A stretch of 62,662 nucleotides of DNA, the filler included, from Stramenopiles sp. TOSAG23-2 (lineage: Eukaryota): assembly GCA_900128395.1 (NCBI GenBank). It is 11 parts of 11 records of this genome, joined end to end, with 100 filler letters (N's around TTAATTAATTAA, not from the genome) between each part and the next. Parts side by side here need not be neighbours in the genome. Positions count along the whole stretch, not along the records: positions 53,203 to 59,724 come from LT650451.1; positions 59,825 to 61,193 come from LT653066.1; positions 61,294 to 62,662 come from LT653067.1; 8 more parts are not named here. One strand, given 5' to 3'. The notes beneath the pieces are model-generated. The model worked only from the letters and a program-made list of their open reading frames with translations, did not search any database and was not told the DNA's origin. Within the stretch, counting starts at the first letter, position 1, and each line of letters begins with the position of its first letter. Shown here piece by piece: positions 56,556 to 62,662 of this stretch. Made by a program: the position numbers and the translations under genes.

Positions 56556-57440
56556 TCAATAAAATTGAAATTTACCACGACTATTCCAAAATCCAATAGA
56601 TGCTTTTTGATCTTTTTGATATAATTCAGCTTCAATTTCATTTGCATCAACATCGATTATTTCAATACCTTCACTTGTTGCATAGAAATATGGATCAATC
56701 ACTTCTTGGTTGTTGTTTTGATGTTGGTGTTTTCGTTGGTGCAGATTTGATTTTGTGCGCTTGATTTCATCATGTATATTTTCATACATCCTACGATGTT
56801 CTTTTTGATTTCGGTTATTGTAAATATCATTATATTTACTATGTTCTCGTCTTTTTTCAGTTCTTCTTCCTCCATGGTGATTTTGCTTTACCTCTTCATT
56901 AATATTATTACTATTACTATGGTAATGTTCATAATTATCATTAATATGAGGATTCGTATTATCTGGTATTTCAAAACCATTGATACTTTCATCAAATTTT
57001 GGAAATGACAGTTTTAAATATTGTGAATAAACAATAGATTTTGTAATTCCATCAATATCTACATTTCTTGGTATATCCCACGATTTTTTATATCCACCTG
57101 GCCCTGAAACTTGAATGGTTTGTTGATTTCTTGGATGTCCAATAGATTGCTGTGGTATAATTCTCGCTTCATAATAATTACAATATCGTCCACATGGAAC
57201 AAACAACTCGATCGCATGATCTAAATCTTTTATGATTTCTTTTTTCCTTGGTTCTCTTCGATAACGTGGAGTTGGTCGTCGATAATGATGATGTTGTTGC
57301 GGTTGTCGATATCGTCTCCGATTATCATGTTGCATTCTTCTTTGATTATATCTTCGTGGTTGATTCATATAAAAAGCATTTGTTGATGTACATAATATCA
57401 ACAAGATACTTATCATTACAATCGATATCGATAGTTTCAT
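56556..57440 (-). CDS. Secreted protein with an HSP20/alpha-crystallin-like domain
   Basis: Signal peptide; IQVSG...GGYKKSWDIPRNVDIDGI......YLKLSFPK. Confidence 0.6.
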   Translation of the reverse strand: MKLSISIVMISILLILCTSTNAFYMNQPRRYNQRRMQHDNRRRYRQPQQHHHYRRPTPRYRREPRKKEIIKDLDHAIELFVPCGRYCNYYEARIIPQQSIGHPRNQQTIQVSGPGGYKKSWDIPRNVDIDGITKSIVYSQYLKLSFPKFDESINGFEIPDNTNPHINDNYEHYHSNSNNINEEVKQNHHGGRRTEKRREHSKYNDIYNNRNQKEHRRMYENIHDEIKRTKSNLHQRKHQHQNNNQEVIDPYFYATSEGIEIIDVDANEIEAELYQKDQKASIGFWNSRGKFQFY

Positions 57441-58120
57441 TTTATTTTTTGTTTGATTTGTTTTTATTCAAATATATAAGACGTATAATATACAATATTT
57501 TGTGTTGTTTATTATCGTTTGCGTTATATTCTTTTTTTTCTGTTGTATGATCGATTGTATCTTCAACCTGGTTTTTATATATGTTTATTTGGGTATATGT
57601 TAATAAATGATGAAAGTCACATTTTTCATGACACGTTGCAAATATAGCATAGGAATATCATGGGTTTTAGCATTTTGACCTCGTATTATACCAATTTTTT
57701 ATGCACCAAAAATGGCCACAAGAAGAAAAATTGCAATTCTCAATCCTAGAAGAGCAAAAATGTTGGTCCCTTAAACGTCGTCATGGAGGCCGATGATTAA
57801 TTTAACATGTGCAAGTTTTACTGTATATAGACCAATTTTATACAGGTGTTTATATAGGGAAATTCTTTTTTTAACCCTATCAAATTTAACATATATTAGT
57901 ATAATATATAATAGTCTAAATCGTTTGTTCCAAAATCCAATAATGCCCAAATTGAAAATAACACCCCCCTTGTGTGTCTATGCTATTGATTTTAAGGCGT
58001 ATTTACAATCGACACAGCATTGCCTACGATCCAATTTATCGTGTGAGGAAACGTGATAATTTTTAATGACGACCAACAAAAGTTTTTAAGTTGCCTTCTT
58101 TTACAAGGATATTAGAGAGA

Positions 58121-58158
<38 letters not shown>

Positions 58159-58274
58159 ATATAACTTGTATCACACGCTGTCTATATACTTTACTGTCCT
58201 GTACTGTCGTAGTAGTCGTCGTCTCTCAAATAAATGTAGACATACATATAATACCTTCTTTTATCAAAAGTATA

Positions 58275-59207
58275 ATGTCTGACGAAACAATCATTACCGC
58301 AAAAGAAATTGAGGTTGTTGAAAAAGTAGAGGAAAAGAATGAGGAAGTTGTTGCAAATGTACAGGAAGAAGATATAAATACCAATGTTGACAGTACAAAT
58401 GAAGATAGTATTACAAGTGACAAAGACAAAAAGACACCTGCACTTCAAAGTAAAAAGAAAACCGTACAAAAACGGGCAACATCGAGTTTAAGCGAAATTC
58501 TATATACAATAAAACAAAATATATCGGGATTGTACATGTATGGTTTTGTACTGTATGATGGATTTACCTGCGGAATGACCAACTGTCCTGGCACCATATT
58601 TTTCTTCATTTTTGGTCTATTAAATACATTATCATTTCTATATTTAATCCTACGATGGAAAGCAAAAGTTAAACGTAGAATAAAAATAATGTCTACTCCA
58701 AATTTTCAATCAAAGAATCCATTTCAACGAATATTAAAAATGTACTATACTAGATTTGGTTTACATGGAAAATATTATTTATATAAATTATATGGATCGG
58801 AAATGTTAGAAAAAATTTCACAAACATATAATTATATATATATATATACATGCATTTTACCATATGAATTCATTATGATGTTTTGTATATTGTACATAAT
58901 TGATTCAGGTATATTAGTTAAAACAATGTATAAAAGTTTATTTGGTAAAAGGACAATTATATCAACAACTGAACGTAATTTACAGTTAGCAAGAGATGTT
59001 GTATTTGATTTGATTTGTGCTTTAACGCCTTTATTGATAGCATGGTTAATGTATCGAATTCCAATAAATATTAACGAAGCAATTTTAATATTAATTAATG
59101 CCAATATATATATATATATATTGGCATTAATTAATATTTACTTTCATAAAATGTGTACCAAACAACGGTTATATATCGTCGTAGACAATAATATTAATAC
59201 CTTATGA
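58275..59207 (+). CDS. Multi-pass membrane protein, function unknown; 3' end uncertain
   Basis: Acidic N-terminus and several hydrophobic segments; the last ~35 codons read through TA repeats and look non-coding. Confidence 0.6.
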   Translation: MSDETIITAKEIEVVEKVEEKNEEVVANVQEEDINTNVDSTNEDSITSDKDKKTPALQSKKKTVQKRATSSLSEILYTIKQNISGLYMYGFVLYDGFTCGMTNCPGTIFFFIFGLLNTLSFLYLILRWKAKVKRRIKIMSTPNFQSKNPFQRILKMYYTRFGLHGKYYLYKLYGSEMLEKISQTYNYIYIYTCILPYEFIMMFCILYIIDSGILVKTMYKSLFGKRTIISTTERNLQLARDVVFDLICALTPLLIAWLMYRIPININEAILILINANIYIYILALINIYFHKMCTKQRLYIVVDNNINTL

Positions 59208-59306
59208 TGAGATCCGCCCTGCCCAGCCCGCCTGCCCACAGCAGAGAGGTAGATTTAATGCTATTTCCATGTATTATTCTTACTGTGTGATTTATAGTCC
59301 TCTGAT

Positions 59307-59488
59307 CCTCTCGAAACATCTTGGACTGTTCCACTTTCTTATACTTGTTAGTACAGCACTACTATCAAATATAAAATTTGGTGAAGGCCTTCGGCTGTCT
59401 TTTCTTTGCTATGTCTATAGTAAAGACAAGACTACAGAAAGTTATACTTTATTGTAATAGACGAAATGGCCCGAGATGTTTCGAGAGG
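59307..59488. other. 182-bp element closed by a 24-bp terminal inverted repeat with internal hairpins (structured RNA or MITE)
   Basis: CCTCTCGAAACATCTTGGACTGTT ... AATGGCCCGAGATGTTTCGAGAGG (outer 15 bp perfect). Confidence 0.7.
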
Positions 59489-59824
59489 TCCCAAGCCCAG
59501 GCAAGCCCATAAGGCAAGCAGGCAAGCAAAAAAATAATAATAAATTAGATTAGAGTTCTTGGTATTATAGATGGCAAATTTAAATATTTTAATTTGTTTT
59601 TTTTCAAATATTATTTTTCCAAGCCCCTTTAGTGAATTTAGTATACAAATACTATTACAAACACAATTTTAAAGGGTTTTTTTTTAAACTAAATATTAAA
59701 ATACCTTAATATATATATATACTGNNNNNNNNNNNNNNNNNNNNNNNNNNNNNNNNNNNNNNNNNNNNTTAATTAATTAANNNNNNNNNNNNNNNNNNNN
59801 NNNNNNNNNNNNNNNNNNNNNNNN

Positions 59825-61193
59825 ATGTAATGACTTGACCACTTATACCACTAATTTTAAAATTTCCGTTATTTTCTGGACTCGCAGTACAACCTGATAT
59901 AGTTACTATGTCATTTACTGATAAAAAATTAGACGGCAACATAGTAACGTCTATTGTTAGTGTTCCCGTTGTTGTTATGCTATCAATGATCAGCATGTCA
60001 ATGGGAACATCAACAACATTTGTCAAAACATTTCCATCACGACTATCAATTAACATCACAGTACCAGATGTTATTGCTTGCGTATCCATTTGAGTTCCTA
60101 CATTATCGGTTGATTCTAGAAATTCAATTTGTATTGGATTTCCAGCTTTATCCGATGTACTTTTTACACGTAATAGTTTACCATCGGTCATATCGTTATT
60201 ATCTATGATATCTATTATTTTACCTGATGTCAAAAGCGCTGCTTGTAAATTTGTTACAGTGCCATCCTTCAATGCCGAAGCATCTACATCAATAATGGTA
60301 CCAGACATTGCTGCGGTAACATTGATATTGATTATTTTACCACCCCCGCCGGCTCCGTCAGCGGCAGTAAGGCTACTAGATGTACTTAGCAAGTCAACCA
60401 TATTTCCCGATCTTAATAGATTTCCACTTACACGTACGATTCGTCCTGATGTTACTTTATTAGCTGTAATATCAAATACAGCACCAGTACCGATAGCAGT
60501 TGCTTCTGTTTCCAAATGCATAAGTCGACCACTTGTCAATAAAGTACCACCAGTCAATTTCAATAAATTGCCTGTTCTCATATCAGTAGCACTTATTTCA
60601 GCAATACTACCAGCCGTCTCATCATCTCCTTGTAACAACAATAAATGTCCTGTGTTTGATAAAGTATGATCAATACCACCACCTTCTAAAGGATGGGTCG
60701 TTCCATCCCCAGATATGATATGCAATGCTTTCCCAGTTGTTAAATCTCTTGTTTTTATTTTAATACCAGTTCCTCCTTGCATTTCTTCTGCTGTAATACG
60801 TATTGCACCAGCTGCATCATCTAAAGTAGTACTTGTTTTTATATCAAGCAATGCACCACTTGTCAAATTAGTAAGGGATTGTATTCGAATCGCACGACCA
60901 TCACTTAAAGCACTGGCATCAATATCTAATAATGTACCAGATGTTTGTGATGTACCTTTTAGCGTCAATAATGATCCACCTGTGCCGTATCCTCCTGAAC
61001 CATCATTTAATAATGCATTTCCATCAAGACTATCAATTACCATACCATGTCCAGTTGTCAATGCTGGTACATTCATTTTTATACCTGTACTTACATTCAT
61101 ACTATTGTATTCGATAAATATTGGTTTTGCGTTCGCTACTGTAGCTGATATTGTTTTTATATGAAGTAAATGTCCTGTAGTAAGATCTTCATT
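59825..61193 (-). CDS. Internal fragment of a large repetitive beta-helix/solenoid protein
   Basis: Frame open across the contig; recurring ~13-aa units (LTTGxxLxI, LTSGALLDI, LTSGKIIDI) with GGG loops. Confidence 0.75.
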
Positions 61194-61333
61194 NNNNNNN
61201 NNNNNNNNNNNNNNNNNNNNNNNNNNNNNNNNNNNNNTTAATTAATTAANNNNNNNNNNNNNNNNNNNNNNNNNNNNNNNNNNNNNNNNNNNNTTTGCGT
61301 ATATTTTTCAAAAGATCAGTACTTTCTTCTAAG

Positions 61334-62120
61334 TCAGACTTCAATTCCATCATTAGCTACTGAAGTAAGTCCTAGTTCTTGATTTTCAACCACCTCTTCT
61401 TCTTCGTCTTTCTTGCTATGATGTTCATTTACTGTTGTTGTTTTTACGTTAATATTGTCGTCCACTATAACTTCCACTTTAGCTACAACTTTGTTCGTTT
61501 TCTCTACATTATCAACAATATCTGTGTCTGTTGTTGATAAGTTATTATTAGTTGTCTTAACATTATTGCTTTCGGTCTTATTCATGAGTTTATGATCTAC
61601 ACTTTTTCCCACAAGTTCTGTATTCTTATTGGCGTCACTATCTTTTGCATTATTCACAACGGTCTCGGCAAACAATGTATTGTCTTTAGAGAGGTCCTTG
61701 CTATCTAGTATAATAGAACTATTCGAAGGCAATTTGTTTGAATCATTAATATTCCCATCATCTGCTGTAATAGGATCTTCTTTCTCTTCGTCGTAGTTCG
61801 AGTCTGTCCCACCCTTAAATGGTGGTGATGTGATAGAGGTAATATTTGGTTTACCATAGTTAAAAAATATGTTATTAGTTGTTGAGGGAATGCCATCGAC
61901 CATTATTGTAATCGGTTTCAACTTGCCAGTACCAGCTGGAGACCTTGCGGTTATCAAACTTTCACTTTGGCGTATGATCGATTGCCATGGAACACTATTC
62001 ATAGATATTACTATTGTTGAATTGACGTCACCAAAATATTCGCCATAAAAAGATGTTAAAATGCCACCGGAAGTAGTACCATTATTTGGATTAAATGATG
62101 CTATTATAGGAGGTGTGTAT
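61334..62120 (-). CDS. IPT/TIG domain-containing exon or fragment with an acidic low-complexity tail
   Basis: YTPPIIASFNPNNGTTSGGILTSFYGEYFG...ITARSPAGTG...ITIMVDG...FNYGKPNITSITSPPFKGG; 5' boundary uncertain. Confidence 0.65.
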
Positions 62121-62662
62121 AATATAGAATATATATGTTTATTAATTATTTCGATGTATCTTTTTATATAACAGACACAGAAGACAGAAGCATATCCATT
62201 TTGATCTATTTAAGGGTGATATTTATATGATAAAATTGTGTACAAATATGACAAATTGATATTACAGATGGTATATAATTAACATAAAAAATATGGATCC
62301 AAAATATGTGCAAAACGTTGCCTTTGATAAGGTAATTATTAGCAACTTTTAAGTACAATAAATTATAGAGTAAGTCATATTATTTTAATTTCCCTCAAAA
62401 TAATAATAAAAATCGTTCGTGGTGGATATTCATCATCTAATCATGTTTCTAAAGAGTTACAAGAGACGACAGAAGATGATGATGAATTCAATTAATGGTT
62501 TGATGATGATGATACAAGCGTTCTTTTGGTTGTTCTGTTGTGCTATTCAGATGCTAAAAGTATCTTTCGAGAAACCTGGATAGCTAGCTGGGCTAGCCCA
62601 GTCTGTCCATTAATTACTTACGATAAATTTAGCACTACATAGCACTAAAAACAAGATTTCAG

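Noticed and set aside
6562-61293. Regularly spaced TTAATTAATTAA palindromes about every 6.65 kb
   Set aside because: Embedded in N runs of fixed length; artificial six-frame-stop linkers between size-sorted contigs

Overview
Very AT-rich, gene-dense, intron-poor eukaryotic DNA. It is an artificial concatenation of 11 unrelated contigs (nine of about 6.52-6.56 kb in descending length, then two of 1369 bp) joined by 100-bp N44-TTAATTAATTAA-N44 linkers, so adjacency across linkers has no biological meaning. Asn-homopolymer proteins, GT-AG introns, a ciliary transition-zone gene (TMEM216/17 family), DNase II and secreted hydrolases suggest a flagellated phagotrophic protist, possibly a MAST-like stramenopile (inference only). 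Recognisable genes include LSM14/Scd6, eIF3h, a Trf4/TENT-like nucleotidyltransferase, REEP/HVA22, TVP23, an AGC kinase, TRAP-gamma, a histidine phosphatase, an SGF29-like Tudor protein, DNase II, GST, COX16, and U-box and RING ligases. The most interesting items are: (1) a secreted modular protein with a phage/bacterial-type GH19 lytic domain fused to Cys-rich modules; (2) a transmembrane protein with four apparently metal-ligand-depleted Cu/Zn-SOD repeats; (3) a 300-bp inverted repeat making mirror-image upstream regions for the divergent LSM14 and eIF3h genes; (4) non-coding motifs shared across independent contigs (a 75-bp 3'-end element, a bipartite motif, a 17-bp motif); (5) two candidate structured RNAs; (6) an unannotated HNH endonuclease remnant in a gene-fragment mosaic. 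I saw no CRISPR array, tRNA or rRNA. All calls are by-eye motif recognition; no searches were run.
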